A stretch of 64,000 bases of DNA from Planctomycetota bacterium (GCA_045105235.1 JBGCDH010000024.1:48270-112269); one strand, 5' to 3'. Shown: positions 7,993 through 17,669, numbered from the stretch's first letter. Translations and numbers: made by a program. The notes: generated from the sequence alone by a model not told the origin.

Positions 7993-9938
7993 TTCGGCCA
8001 GCCCGCCGAGCGAGTTGTGCTGGCCGGAACAGCTGGCTGCAATGCGTCAGGCGGCGGCGAAGGAGTCGACGACATCCGCAGTCCACGGGATCGACGCAGC
8101 CCTTGGAAGGCGCCAGCGTTCGGCGCATAGCGCCGGGCGAGTTCGCGCCAAGCCTGTGCCACGCCCGTAAAAACGCCGGTCTCGACCTGGGTCGGCTCGC
8201 GGCCGGCAATTTCTACAGCAAGCTTCTGGACGCCCGACATGCTCGCGAGCAGCTGCTGCAGGTTGCTCGCCTTGCGGCAATCGCGACCATCGGTGTAGTC
8301 CAGCTGCTGCAGCTGTTCGACGGCACTGAGCCAGACCGGGTAGCCGTAGTTTTCGAGCTGCTTGCCGAGCGACGGCACGAAGCGCGGCGATTCCGCCAGC
8401 GGCTTCAACACCTCTCGGTAGGACGGGAAGTCGCCCGGCAGGTCAAAGCCGGACAGCTCGAGCTCGTGCAGTCCAGCCGCAAGCCCTCGTTGGCCCGCGC
8501 GGCGACCTGCCGCGAGAGCGCTGGCGACCACGCGGTCGATTTCATTGTCGAACGAAGGGGACTGCGCCATGCGGCGCAGCTCCGGATCGTTCAGCTGGTG
8601 GGCACCACCCCCCAGCAAGTTGGCAATCTGGACCTGCTGCGGTGCCCGTGCACGAAACAGCCAAACCACCGCCACCAACACCGCCGCAACCGAACCGATG
8701 AGGATCAAGGCGCCGCGGGCACCGCTGCCGCTTCGAGCCCGCGCCTCACGGCGGGCGCGAGCGGCCGCCATGCGCGCCTCGGCATCCGCCGCCGCCGCGC
8801 GACGCTTCTGATCGCCTCGATCCCGATCGTCGCGTGAGAGCGACCGCTTGCCGCGCGGCGGCAGCGGCGGCGGCACGCAGCTTGGGGCCGCGCCATCCAG
8901 CTGATTCCCAGCGGAGTTGCCAGCGGAGTTGCCCGCGGAGTTGCCAGCGGAGCTGCCCGCCGAGCCCGCCACCGAAGCATCCTGGAACGTGGCCACCGTC
9001 GAAGCCGTCAGAGCGACTCCGGCGTCGCTAAGCGCCGCCGGCCCAAACGTGCGCAGCAGCTCGTCGACGGTCTGGAATCGATCCTCGGGCCGCTTGGCGA
9101 GACAGCGCACCAGCACCTCGCGTTCGACGGGCGTCAGGTAGCTAGGCAGCTCGGGCGGCTGGTCTTCGTGCTTCTTGAGCACCTCCCACTCGCTATCGCC
9201 GACAAACGGCACGTGTCCGCAAAGCAGCTCGTAGAGCATCACGCCGAGCGAATAGATATCGCTGCGCTGGTCGCCGCGGCGCTGCAGCATCTCGGGCGCC
9301 ATGTAGTAGGGCGTGCCCCGCCCCATCGACAGGCTGCCGCGCGAATGCGTCACCAGCTTGCTCAGGCCATAGTCGCCGAGGCGAGCGACGCCGCCCTTCA
9401 AGAAGACGTTGGCGGGTTTGATGTCGAAGTGCACCAGTGAGCGCTCGTGCAGCGCCTGAAGCCCGCGGCACGACTGCAGGAAGCCGCGCAGCAGCTCGGG
9501 CTTTTCGTCGGCGGTCGGCGCGCGGCCCTTGCCATCCCCGTCGACCGGCATGACGTCACGCAGCGTATCGGTGCCGGCAAACGCCATCAGCAGATACGGG
9601 ATGCCGTGCACTTCGCCGCGGTCCTCAATCGACACCAGGTTGGGGTGGTCGATCTGCGCGAAGTACTTCACCTGCTCGAGCTCAGACAGAACGGCCCGCC
9701 GCACCTCGGTATCATCCACCTGCAGGAACTTGATGGCGTAGTCCTTGCCGATCGACATCCGACGGGCCCGGAAAACCAGCCCAAACATGCCGCCGCCGAG
9801 CTTGGTCGTGATTTCGAAGCCATCGACGAAACCTGGCTTGCGGTAGTCACGGTAGAACGCCTCCCAGTCGGGACGGCTGGCCGCCGGGGGGACCGGCTGC
9901 GGCGCGGCGTCAGAATCGGGGGACTCTTCCATGATCAT
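7989..9938 (-). CDS. Membrane Ser/Thr protein kinase with extracytoplasmic C-terminal domain
   Basis: Kinase motifs GGGMFGLV, AIKFL, HFDIKPANVFL, DYG and PYYMAPE. Low-complexity linker. One TM helix (ALILIGSVAAVLVAVVWLF). About 230 aa C-terminal domain. Its stop overlaps the mqnB start (ATGA at 7989-7992). Confidence 0.9.
   Translation of the reverse strand: MIMEESPDSDAAPQPVPPAASRPDWEAFYRDYRKPGFVDGFEITTKLGGGMFGLVFRARRMSIGKDYAIKFLQVDDTEVRRAVLSELEQVKYFAQIDHPNLVSIEDRGEVHGIPYLLMAFAGTDTLRDVMPVDGDGKGRAPTADEKPELLRGFLQSCRGLQALHERSLVHFDIKPANVFLKGGVARLGDYGLSKLVTHSRGSLSMGRGTPYYMAPEMLQRRGDQRSDIYSLGVMLYELLCGHVPFVGDSEWEVLKKHEDQPPELPSYLTPVEREVLVRCLAKRPEDRFQTVDELLRTFGPAALSDAGVALTASTVATFQDASVAGSAGSSAGNSAGNSAGNSAGNQLDGAAPSCVPPPLPPRGKRSLSRDDRDRGDQKRRAAAADAEARMAAARARREARARSGSGARGALILIGSVAAVLVAVVWLFRARAPQQVQIANLLGGGAHQLNDPELRRMAQSPSFDNEIDRVVASALAAGRRAGQRGLAAGLHELELSGFDLPGDFPSYREVLKPLAESPRFVPSLGKQLENYGYPVWLSAVEQLQQLDYTDGRDCRKASNLQQLLASMSGVQKLAVEIAGREPTQVETGVFTGVAQAWRELARRYAPNAGAFQGLRRSRGLRMSSTPSPPPDALQPAVPASTTRSAGWPK
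8908..8966 (-). repeat. about 4.5 x 12-bp in-frame tandem repeat encoding (GNSA)n in the kinase linker
   Basis: ccagcggagttg x2, cccgcggagttg, ccagcggagctg on the plus strand. Protein reads AGNSAGNSAGNSAGN. Confidence 0.9.
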
Positions 9939-10107
9939 CAGCTTATCAGCGGCGCGTCCGCGCGGCGGTCTTCAAGTTCGAGGAGCGAAGGGGGCTACGC
10001 GCCTCGTCGCCCGGTATTCTGCGATGCGATCCAGTTTTCCCAGATCCGTGGCGATTCGCCCGGACCGGCGTGCCACCGGCCCCTCGGCACGGTAGCCTGC
10101 CCGCCCT

Positions 10108-11343
10108 TTGACGTCCGAAACCCTGCAATGTTCTCACTTTGGCCGCTGCGGCGGCTGTAGCCGGCTCGACCAACCGATCGAGCTCCAGCTCGAGGACAAG
10201 CGCGATGCGGCGATGGCCCAGCTGGCGCCGTTCCTCGATGGCATCGAGCCCGCGATCACGCTGCCGCCGCGGCCGCCGCGCTACGACCGCATCAGCATCA
10301 CCTACCCGGTGCAGCCGCGACGGCGCGGCCCGATGGCGGGCATCTACCGACGCGGCACCCACCAGGTGGAGCCGATCCGGGACTGCCGCATCCAGCACCG
10401 CGCGTTGACGACGTTTGGCGCGCGCGCCAACGACGTCCTGCACCGCGTTGGGGTCGAGGCCTACGACGAGCGCACGGGCAAGGGCGCGGTGCGCGCGATC
10501 CGGGCCCGCGTGCTGCCTGGCAGCAACGAGCTGCTCGTCGGCGCGGTCGTCAACACCATGCGGTTCAACGGCCGCGACGCCATGTTCGACGGCCTGTGGG
10601 ATGCGGCCCACGACCTGCGCGGCGACCAGGGCCAGGCCCTCAAGCCGGTCGGTGCGGTTTGCAACCTCAACGACAAGCCCGGCAACACGCTCCTGGGCGC
10701 GGAGAATACTGCGTTCTACGGCCGCGACTGGCAGGAGCACGTGGTCCAGCCAGACCTCCGCTTTCGGGTCTCGTTCGCGAGCTTCTACCAGCTTCACCGC
10801 CACGCCGATGCGGTGCTGTTTCGGCCGGCGATGGCGATGCTCGGCGGCGATGGCGAACTGCGCGGCGGCCTGCTCAGCGGCCTCCGTATCGTCGACGGCT
10901 ACGGCGGCGTCGGCAGCTTTGCGCTGCGCCTGCTGGCGGCGGGCGCTGGCCACGTGACCCTGATCGAGGCGTCGCCGGGCGCGTGCCGCGATGCGCGCCA
11001 CAACCTGTCGCACAATGAGAGCACCAGCGCCGATCGGCCTGAAGGCAGCTGGCAGGACCGCTGGGAAGTGCGCGAGCAGCCGTTCGGTTCGCAGCCGTTG
11101 CCCGAATGCGACGTGCTGGTCGTCGACCCGCCGCGCAAGGGCCTCGGCCAAGAAGGCGCGGCCGCGGTGCTCACCGCCATGCCGCCGAAGGTCCTGCTGA
11201 TCTCGTGTGCGATCGGATCGCTGGCACGGGATCTCGAGCAGCTCAGCCCGCACTACCGGGTCGCCGCGCTGCGGCTGTGCGATCTGTTCCCGCACACAGA
11301 ACACATCGAAGCGGTTACTCTGCTAGAGCGTCGGGATAGCTAG
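10108..11343 (+). CDS. Class I SAM-dependent RNA (uracil-5)-methyltransferase, RumA/TrmA family, no TRAM domain
   Basis: N-terminal CSHFGRCGGCSRLDQP Fe-S cluster motif. DGYGGVGSFAL SAM-binding motif. VVDPPRKG and a C-terminal CDLFPHTEHIE block. TTG start as given by the ORF track. Confidence 0.85.
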   Translation: MTSETLQCSHFGRCGGCSRLDQPIELQLEDKRDAAMAQLAPFLDGIEPAITLPPRPPRYDRISITYPVQPRRRGPMAGIYRRGTHQVEPIRDCRIQHRALTTFGARANDVLHRVGVEAYDERTGKGAVRAIRARVLPGSNELLVGAVVNTMRFNGRDAMFDGLWDAAHDLRGDQGQALKPVGAVCNLNDKPGNTLLGAENTAFYGRDWQEHVVQPDLRFRVSFASFYQLHRHADAVLFRPAMAMLGGDGELRGGLLSGLRIVDGYGGVGSFALRLLAAGAGHVTLIEASPGACRDARHNLSHNESTSADRPEGSWQDRWEVREQPFGSQPLPECDVLVVDPPRKGLGQEGAAAVLTAMPPKVLLISCAIGSLARDLEQLSPHYRVAALRLCDLFPHTEHIEAVTLLERRDS

Positions 11344-11422
11344 GCGCAACCGCCTACCAACGAGGCTGCCTGTCCGCCTGTCCGCCCGCCTGCCGGTCTG
11401 ACCGCCCGCTCGCCCGCCCGCC

Positions 11423-12238
11423 ATGCACAATCCGACCCGACGCAACCGCAACATCGGCAGCGAACGGCAGGGCCACGGCAAGGACAACAAGCTGGTCATT
11501 CCGTGGCCGTTCCACGAGGACAGGATCTACTATGAGATCCTGCCGGATGCGCGCGAATACAGCTTTGAGCTGCATGGCGACAAGCGCGTCGCACTCGTCC
11601 AGCCGCCTACCAACGGCAACTACTACGGCTGCACGCTGCCGGACCTGATCCGCATCCTGCGGTCGCTGCCGGCCGCCGACGTCGACGGGCTGGACCTGTT
11701 CTTGTTTCGTCAGCCGACCAAGAAGCAGCTGCTGCTGAAATCGGTCTGGGGCCGATTCATCTATTACGCAACTCCAAGCCGCCACCGGGGCAGCGCAATC
11801 TGCATCGAGGCCACCAAGCCGATGCAGGTGAAGTGGCCGAAGTCGAATACGCCGGAGCATGAGCGCGAGCTCGCCCGGCTTGCGGCCGACGGCTGCAAGA
11901 TGACCTACACCAAACGCGAGATCCTGATCGACACCACCCGCGAGTCGCTGCGGAACACCGTCCTGTATCGGACCGTACTGCACGAGACCGGCCACTACGT
12001 CGACTGGTTGCGCAGCGTCTTGGATCTCGAAGGCACCGAGACGGAGATCGAAGCGGCGAGCGAGCGGTTCGACACCAAGACCTCCGCCATGAAGGAGGAC
12101 TTCGCGCACCGCTATGCAAAGGAGATGGCGGACAAGCTGCGCGCCAACGGCCAGCTGCCGTTCCCGATCACGTGGGACGAAGACGCGATGCAGCGCGCCG
12201 GCATCCAGCGCAGCTGGTTTGTTCCCGACGCGAGCTAG
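11423..12238 (+). CDS. Hypothetical protein with HExxH motif (LHETGHYVDW)
   Basis: 271 aa ATG ORF. Coding-like composition but slightly less GC-rich than its neighbours. Single HExxH. No family recognised. Confidence 0.65.
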   Translation: MHNPTRRNRNIGSERQGHGKDNKLVIPWPFHEDRIYYEILPDAREYSFELHGDKRVALVQPPTNGNYYGCTLPDLIRILRSLPAADVDGLDLFLFRQPTKKQLLLKSVWGRFIYYATPSRHRGSAICIEATKPMQVKWPKSNTPEHERELARLAADGCKMTYTKREILIDTTRESLRNTVLYRTVLHETGHYVDWLRSVLDLEGTETEIEAASERFDTKTSAMKEDFAHRYAKEMADKLRANGQLPFPITWDEDAMQRAGIQRSWFVPDAS

Positions 12239-12666
12239 CCAACCATTTGGGCAATGCGCCCGCGGAAGCGCGCCAGTAGCGCCGCCGCGACATCGCCTTC
12301 GACGTTTTCGACCATCCATTCGGCGTTGACGAAGGCACGCGAGTTGTGCTTCCGGATAGCCGCCAGATAGGGCTCCACCTTGGCGTAGAGCAGCATGCCT
12401 TCGCCGGTATTCTCGAGCAAAAACTCGGCGTTGACGACGCCGTGCTTGGCCATGCCGTAGACCATTTCCCAATACGTGCCGACCTGCCGGAACGCGCGGT
12501 TCAAGGAATGATCCGGGGCCATCACAGCCAGCATCTCGGCTTCGTTCTTCGGCCACCACTCGCCGTTGATCGCGTCCCGCGACTCGCGCATCACGGCCTC
12601 CCGGCGCAGGTCGTAGAGCTTGATGACGAGGTCGGCGTCGTGATGATCGGGGGCGTGCTTTGACAT
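12235..12666 (-). CDS. Hypothetical cytoplasmic protein (143 aa)
   Basis: ATG ORF with good codon bias. Lies 17 nt downstream of the preceding minus-strand gene. Its stop shares a CTAG with the convergent gene. Confidence 0.7.
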   Translation of the reverse strand: MSKHAPDHHDADLVIKLYDLRREAVMRESRDAINGEWWPKNEAEMLAVMAPDHSLNRAFRQVGTYWEMVYGMAKHGVVNAEFLLENTGEGMLLYAKVEPYLAAIRKHNSRAFVNAEWMVENVEGDVAAALLARFRGRIAQMVG

Positions 12667-12683
12667 ACGGGAAGTGTCGACGC

Positions 12684-14336
12684 TCAGGGCTTCAGCCGCA
12701 AATGCACATCGCGCCGCGCGACCCGTAGGTCGCGCTCGCGCACGCGGCCGCTGCGGGTCACAACGATGCGGTAGTCCCCCGGCGGCAGGTGCGACGCAAA
12801 CCGCTGCTTGCTGTGGACGTCGCCATCGGCCACCCGATCGGCGCCCAGGAAAACTTCGATGCTGGCGCGGAAATCCTCACGGCCGGAGGCGACGCAAGCC
12901 GACAGGCGGACCGACGCACGCGGCCGCACCGTCGCGCAGTGCTCGTTGACGCCTGCCTGCAACTGAAGCGTCTCGACGGCGGGCGGATCAAACGGCAAGA
13001 ACTCGCGCCCTAGCTCTGATTTGCGGTCTGCAAACGCAAGCTCGAAAGCGCCGACCGCAAACGGACCGAGCAGATCCGAACGGCCGCGACCGCTCGCCAG
13101 CGCCGCGTCGGCCGGATCCGAATCGGGCAAAGCCTGCTGCTGCACATCGGCCAGGATCTGCTTGCGGGCGGCACCGCCCAGCGCCACCGGCTTGCCGCGC
13201 TCATCGCGAAAGGACAAACGCAGCGACGCTGCGCCTTCGACAACGACCTCGAGTTCGACGCTTTGCTGCATCGGAGCGAGCGTCAGCTCGCGCTCAAATG
13301 GCCGAAAGAAACGCCCGCCGCCGCGCAGGGTGTAGGCACCGGGCGGAACACGGTCAAACTCCGCAACGGAACTCCCATCAAGCTTCTGTTCGAAGCGCCA
13401 CTCTTGCCCCGCCGGCGAACCGCGCAGCTCCCGCGTAAGCACAACGGCTCCGTTCGCGACCTTGCGCCCGGCTGCATCGCGCACGTGGATGCGCAGGTTG
13501 ATCGGATGCACTTCGTGACGCCACTCGTGGCTCCCGCTACCGGCCAGCAGGACCATCGGCCAATCACCTAGCTCAAGCGCGTTGCTCTCCGAGCTGCCGT
13601 TCGCGATCGCGAGCAAGCGGTAGCTGTCGGCGGCGAGGATCATGCGAAGACGAGCGCTGGCGGCGCGATCGCCCCCGGACGAGGAGTTGCGCGCGTAGCG
13701 CGTCATCACCGTCTTCCCCGCCATCGACCTGACGGTCGTCAGCTGCTTCACCAGCGGTTCTCCCCATCCGGTGAAGTGACCTTCGACGGCCACATGATCC
13801 GGCCCAAGCTGGATGTCGACGTCGTGGCGGCCTGGGGCGTCAATCTCGACAATGCGCTCCCAGTCCGGCCAGGCCGGCATCGTCAACTTGAAGTCGCGCA
13901 GGTGCTCGATCGCCGCCACCTCGCCTCGACCGTCTTCGTCCGTTCGAAAGCTGTAGCCGAACACGCGTGCCTCGGATTCGACGGGCCCAAGATAGACCTG
14001 GTAGCCAACCAGCGGCTTGCCGTTGCTGTCGCGAAACCGCGCATGCAAGCGAGGCGGCCCCGCGTCCGCGTGGCGTTCGCGCTCCAGGCCCGACGTGTCG
14101 TCAGACGCGGCGCCGTGGCTGCCCGCCGCCGCGCCCGCCGCCGCCGCATCACCAACCGCGCCGCTTTCGCCCAACCCGGAGCGATCGCTAGCGGCCGAAC
14201 CTTGCGGCACGTCGACATCGCCAACTCCGAGTTGGAAGGCTCGCACCGCAAGCCAAGCGCAGACGGCTAGCGCAAGCACCGCCGCCAACGCCGCCAACGC
14301 ACGCCGCCAAGGCCGCTGTCTTGGTGCCGCAACCAT
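12684..14336 (-). CDS. Membrane-anchored protein with repeated carboxypeptidase-regulatory-like beta-sandwich segments
   Basis: Internal ATG at 14336 (MVAAPRQRPWRRALAALAAVLALAVCAWLAV) removes the overlap with the upstream GHMP kinase gene, leaving a 4-nt gap. Repeated motifs of the type RIHVRDAAGRKVANGAVVL and PPGDYRIVV. Confidence 0.7.
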   Translation of the reverse strand: MVAAPRQRPWRRALAALAAVLALAVCAWLAVRAFQLGVGDVDVPQGSAASDRSGLGESGAVGDAAAAGAAAGSHGAASDDTSGLERERHADAGPPRLHARFRDSNGKPLVGYQVYLGPVESEARVFGYSFRTDEDGRGEVAAIEHLRDFKLTMPAWPDWERIVEIDAPGRHDVDIQLGPDHVAVEGHFTGWGEPLVKQLTTVRSMAGKTVMTRYARNSSSGGDRAASARLRMILAADSYRLLAIANGSSESNALELGDWPMVLLAGSGSHEWRHEVHPINLRIHVRDAAGRKVANGAVVLTRELRGSPAGQEWRFEQKLDGSSVAEFDRVPPGAYTLRGGGRFFRPFERELTLAPMQQSVELEVVVEGAASLRLSFRDERGKPVALGGAARKQILADVQQQALPDSDPADAALASGRGRSDLLGPFAVGAFELAFADRKSELGREFLPFDPPAVETLQLQAGVNEHCATVRPRASVRLSACVASGREDFRASIEVFLGADRVADGDVHSKQRFASHLPPGDYRIVVTRSGRVRERDLRVARRDVHLRLKP

Positions 14337-14340
14337 GATC

Positions 14341-15630
14341 CTATGAGGTCTTGCCGCCGCCGCTCTTTGGTGCCAAATCGATGGAGCCGAATGCCATCGC
14401 CCCCGGCGAGGACCAACGAAACACGTGTGCCGAATGGCCGGTGGCCTCGGACAAGTGCTTTTTGGCCCGCAGCGCTTCGTACCAGACCTTGTTGTGGGCA
14501 CCGAGCAGCACCACCGTACCGCCACCGCCGCCGCGACCGCTCAGCTTGGCGCCATAGACGCCGTTGCCGCCCTCGCGCCGCCCCCGCAAAAAGTCCACGA
14601 CGAGGTCCGCCGCGTCGCGACCGCAGCCGCTGCTGCCGTAGCTGGCATGCGCTTCGAACATCTGATCCCCGAGCGCGTGCCGGTTGGCCAAGCTCGGCTC
14701 GCGCCCGAGCAGCTCGCAAAAACGCGCCGTGCGCTCGGGGTCCTCACCGGCCCCGGGGGTGCCGGCCGCGGAGATGTCTGCACCGGATGCGCCTGCACCG
14801 GATGCGTCAGCACCAAAGGAGCTGGCAGCCCCCGCAGCGGCGCCGTCAGCGGCGCAGTCAGCGGCACCGTCAGCCAACCCCAGCGCAACGATCTCGAGGT
14901 CACTCGGCACCGCCAAGCGCTGCTCAAGATCGGCACCGGCGCCACGCATGACCAGCAGCTCCCCCGCGTTGCCTAGCAACGACACCATCGCGTCCGATCG
15001 ACGCGCGTCGGCGCCAAGAACCTCCCTCTCGACGTCTTCGGCGAGACTCGCGATTTCGGTAGGCGAAAGCTCGAGCCCGTAGAGGCGGGCAAACGCCTGC
15101 AGCGTCGCGATGGTGATCGCGGTCGAGGAGCCCACGCTGCAGCCAACCGGAACATCACTGTGAAGCAGCAGCTCTGCGCCGCGCTCGGGCAGCAGCGCGT
15201 GCCGGCGAGCCAGCGTCAACAGCGCCCCCAGCAAGTAGCCGGCCCAGCGATCGCGCGGATCCCCGGCCAAAAACGCCCGCGCCTCGGCAAAGTCGATGGG
15301 CTGGCCCGGGAGCCCCAGGTCGGACAGGCGCACGGACAGCATCTGGGTGCGCGAACCATCGCGGCACGGCGACCAAAGCCGCACGAGTTCGTCGTCGCGA
15401 AGCTGCACGGCGACGCAGGCAGCCTCGGCGGTCGGCACCGCAATCGCCTGCGGCGCCGCCGCGCCGGCGAGCCCGCCCATGACGTCCAGCCGACCGGGCG
15501 CCCTCGTGATGAAGATCTCCCGATCTGCGCGAAAGAACGCCGGAAGAGCCTCTTCGATCAGGCGAAAGACCATCAGGACGCCCAGGCCTTCTGCCGGGTC
15601 TTGGGACGGATGGAAGTGTTCGAGCTCCAC
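14341..15630 (-). CDS. GHMP-family sugar kinase (galactokinase-like)
   Basis: RAPGRLDVMGG (galactokinase-signature-like) and PVGCSVGSSTAITIAT (GHMP ATP-binding motif). Carries an Ala/Gly/Asp/Ser repeat insertion. Confidence 0.8.
   Translation of the reverse strand: MELEHFHPSQDPAEGLGVLMVFRLIEEALPAFFRADREIFITRAPGRLDVMGGLAGAAAPQAIAVPTAEAACVAVQLRDDELVRLWSPCRDGSRTQMLSVRLSDLGLPGQPIDFAEARAFLAGDPRDRWAGYLLGALLTLARRHALLPERGAELLLHSDVPVGCSVGSSTAITIATLQAFARLYGLELSPTEIASLAEDVEREVLGADARRSDAMVSLLGNAGELLVMRGAGADLEQRLAVPSDLEIVALGLADGAADCAADGAAAGAASSFGADASGAGASGADISAAGTPGAGEDPERTARFCELLGREPSLANRHALGDQMFEAHASYGSSGCGRDAADLVVDFLRGRREGGNGVYGAKLSGRGGGGGTVVLLGAHNKVWYEALRAKKHLSEATGHSAHVFRWSSPGAMAFGSIDLAPKSGGGKTS
14777..14875 (-). 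repeat. Two adjacent in-frame tandem repeat blocks (15-bp x ~2.5 and 12-bp x ~3.5) inside the GHMP kinase
   Basis: tctgcaccggatgcg / cctgcaccggatgcg / tcagcacc..., then cagcggcgccgt / cagcggcgcagt / cagcggcaccgt. Protein reads DGAADCAADGAAAGAASSFGADASGAGASGAD. Confidence 0.85.
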
Positions 15631-15834
15631 GATTGGGCGGACGATTTGGGGTCAGGTTGGGCGCGGCCCGGCGCCGGTGCGGTGCGAAGCGGGTGCTCGC
15701 ATATGTCTAGACTCGGCCGGAATCAGCTGCGACGCAACCGCTCTATGAACGGCTCTTCACGCAGGAGGCTGGACTCCGCCGCTGGGAAACGTACGCTCCG
15801 CCGCGTCCTTCCTTTAAGCAACTACGAGCAAACC

Positions 15835-16140
15835 ATGGCAGCGCGCCGAACCAACCTCCTCCTGCTGATGCCGATGTGCCTGCTTGCGTCATGCGGCGGC
15901 TCGACCCTATCCCGGACGATCTACACCAATCCGCCGGACGCCTCGGTCTACATGGATGGCGTCCGCGTGCAGAAGGGCATGAACCTCAACCACGAGTTCG
16001 GCTTTGAGAACGTCGACCGCGTGTTGCTGCAGGCGACCAGCCCCGGGTTTGAGCCGAGCAGCCAGTATGTGACCCGGCGCACCATCGAGGCCCTGATCCG
16101 CAACGACGACAAGCTGCGGATCGAGCTGCGCCAGCGCTGA
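15835..16140 (+). CDS. Small lipoprotein, PEGA-domain-like
   Basis: Internal ATG at 15835 gives MAARRTNLLLLMPMCLLASCGG (lipobox). IYTNPPDASVYMDGVRV resembles the PEGA motif. The upstream part of ORF 15160..16140 is antisense to the kinase gene. Confidence 0.6.
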   Translation: MAARRTNLLLLMPMCLLASCGGSTLSRTIYTNPPDASVYMDGVRVQKGMNLNHEFGFENVDRVLLQATSPGFEPSSQYVTRRTIEALIRNDDKLRIELRQR

Positions 16141-16223
16141 TCCTGACTGGCTCGACCACCCCTTGACCGCTCAAACAGGCCCCTCAAACAGGCCGCCCTC
16201 CAACCGGCGACCCGGCGACCCCG

Positions 16224-16619
16224 ATGACCAAGCTATCTCACACTCTGGCGCTCTGCGCCGTAGCCGCGCTTTCCACCGCATGCGGCAGCGTGCCCAAGCG
16301 CACGTTCGTATTTGACGCAATCGACACCGGCGAAGACCCGCGCCCGGCCATGATCGTCGTCGACCAGGACTGGCTCGCCGCCGGTCAGAACAAGCAGTTC
16401 ATCAACCTGAACAGCAACGACGAGCTGACCCTGGACCTCGAGTTCAAGAGCCGCGACATCGAGATCATGGCTGTCGCGATCCGCACGCTCGATGGCACGC
16501 CGGTCAGCGTCCCGACGAACCCGCGCGACGCCGCGGAGATCAGCGAATACGAGCTCGACTCGCGCAAGCTGCGGGCCAAGGACGCCGAGCGCCAGCTGTT
16601 CATCTTCCAGCGCAAGTAG
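16224..16619 (+). CDS. Small lipoprotein, unknown function
   Basis: MTKLSHTLALCAVAALSTACGS lipobox. 131 aa. Confidence 0.65.
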   Translation: MTKLSHTLALCAVAALSTACGSVPKRTFVFDAIDTGEDPRPAMIVVDQDWLAAGQNKQFINLNSNDELTLDLEFKSRDIEIMAVAIRTLDGTPVSVPTNPRDAAEISEYELDSRKLRAKDAERQLFIFQRK

Positions 16620-16995
16620 CGCCGAGAGGCGCCAATACTCCGCGTTGGTGCGTGAATAGAAAACCGGCAAGACCGCGGCCGAAAGCAACCGAGCTCATAT
16701 TCGAACCGCGTACGAAACCGGCATTCCAAGCTCGGTCATGCGGTTGAGGATGTTGCATACACGTCGAGCCTCGACGGACTGCCCATCCGCCTCACGCGCA
16801 TGCAGGCGATCGCCAAGCATCAATTTGTAACCCATGAACATGTTCTCGCGCTCTTGATGAGCAAGTGGCGCAGGCGCTTTCGAGAATGGGACCGTAGCGG
16901 GCGCGCCCTTCACTTTGGGCGCGGCTTTCCGATCACTGTCGTTGGCTATGCCAATCGCCGGCTCGAGTAACGGGAGCCGACACTGCAGGGCCTGG

Positions 16996-17457
16996 CTACT
17001 CGTAGGTGCCCAACAACCACAGGTAGTAAGCTTCGGCCATCTCGACCTCCCCATCTTCTGGCTCCCCATACTGGTCGTAGTAGTCGCTCCCACTTCCTTC
17101 AAAGACCAACGCGCCGGTGTTGTCGTAGAGGACAACGCGGTCGTCGGGGTCCACGAAGAGGAGGTCTCCTTCGTCTGCCTGGATAAAGTCCACCTGTCCG
17201 TTTTGCGCCTCGACGATGTCGTCATTCGCGTGATCCTGGGTATCAGACCAGCCGCCACCAAACGTGGTGCCAGCCAAGATGACGATGTCCGCCCCACCGG
17301 CGGCGCCAGCTGCCGCCTGGCCAAAGTCGGCGACGATGAACAGGTCCGCACCGAGAGTCCCGGTCCGCGTCTGCCCTGGGGGCACATAGATCTGAGCGGG
17401 GACCGCAGCGGCGATAGCGAGAGTGGCCAGGAGGCGAACGAAGGGAAGGTAGGTCAT
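16996..17457 (-). CDS. Secreted acidic protein, unknown function
   Basis: Internal ATG at 17457 gives the signal peptide MTYLPFVRLLATLAIAAAVPAQ. The mature part is Asp/Glu/Gly-rich. Confidence 0.6.
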   Translation of the reverse strand: MTYLPFVRLLATLAIAAAVPAQIYVPPGQTRTGTLGADLFIVADFGQAAAGAAGGADIVILAGTTFGGGWSDTQDHANDDIVEAQNGQVDFIQADEGDLLFVDPDDRVVLYDNTGALVFEGSGSDYYDQYGEPEDGEVEMAEAYYLWLLGTYE

Positions 17458-17669
17458 GAGTCTTGGGGTCAGGGTGAGGGGACCGGCCGCTCGGGCGGCC
17501 TCGGCAAGGCGAGCGCCGCCCTGCGTCACTAGCTAGGTCCACGAAGCGCTTTCGCTTAACGACCCCTTTGCAGATTTTCAGGCGGCGTGACGTGGCTCGA
17601 TGCTCCCGACTACAGGACTGGATGCCTTGCGCTGATGAGGGCAGGCTGCGGTCGAATCACGGCGACCGG

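Noticed and set aside
12235-12238. Convergent gene pairs sharing a CTAG as overlapping stop codons (also 45073-45076).
   Set aside because: CTAG reads TAG on both strands, so such overlaps arise easily. No MITE sequence flanks these two sites, so they are treated as coincidental compact gene ends.
16695-17387. 230-aa minus-strand ORF overlapping the acidic secreted protein gene.
   Set aside because: It overlaps gene 16996..17457 in another frame with a Ser/Thr/Arg-rich translation. Only its last 48 codons (16695-16841) lie in unoccupied sequence, and they have weak codon bias. They are mentioned in a finding but not called as a gene.
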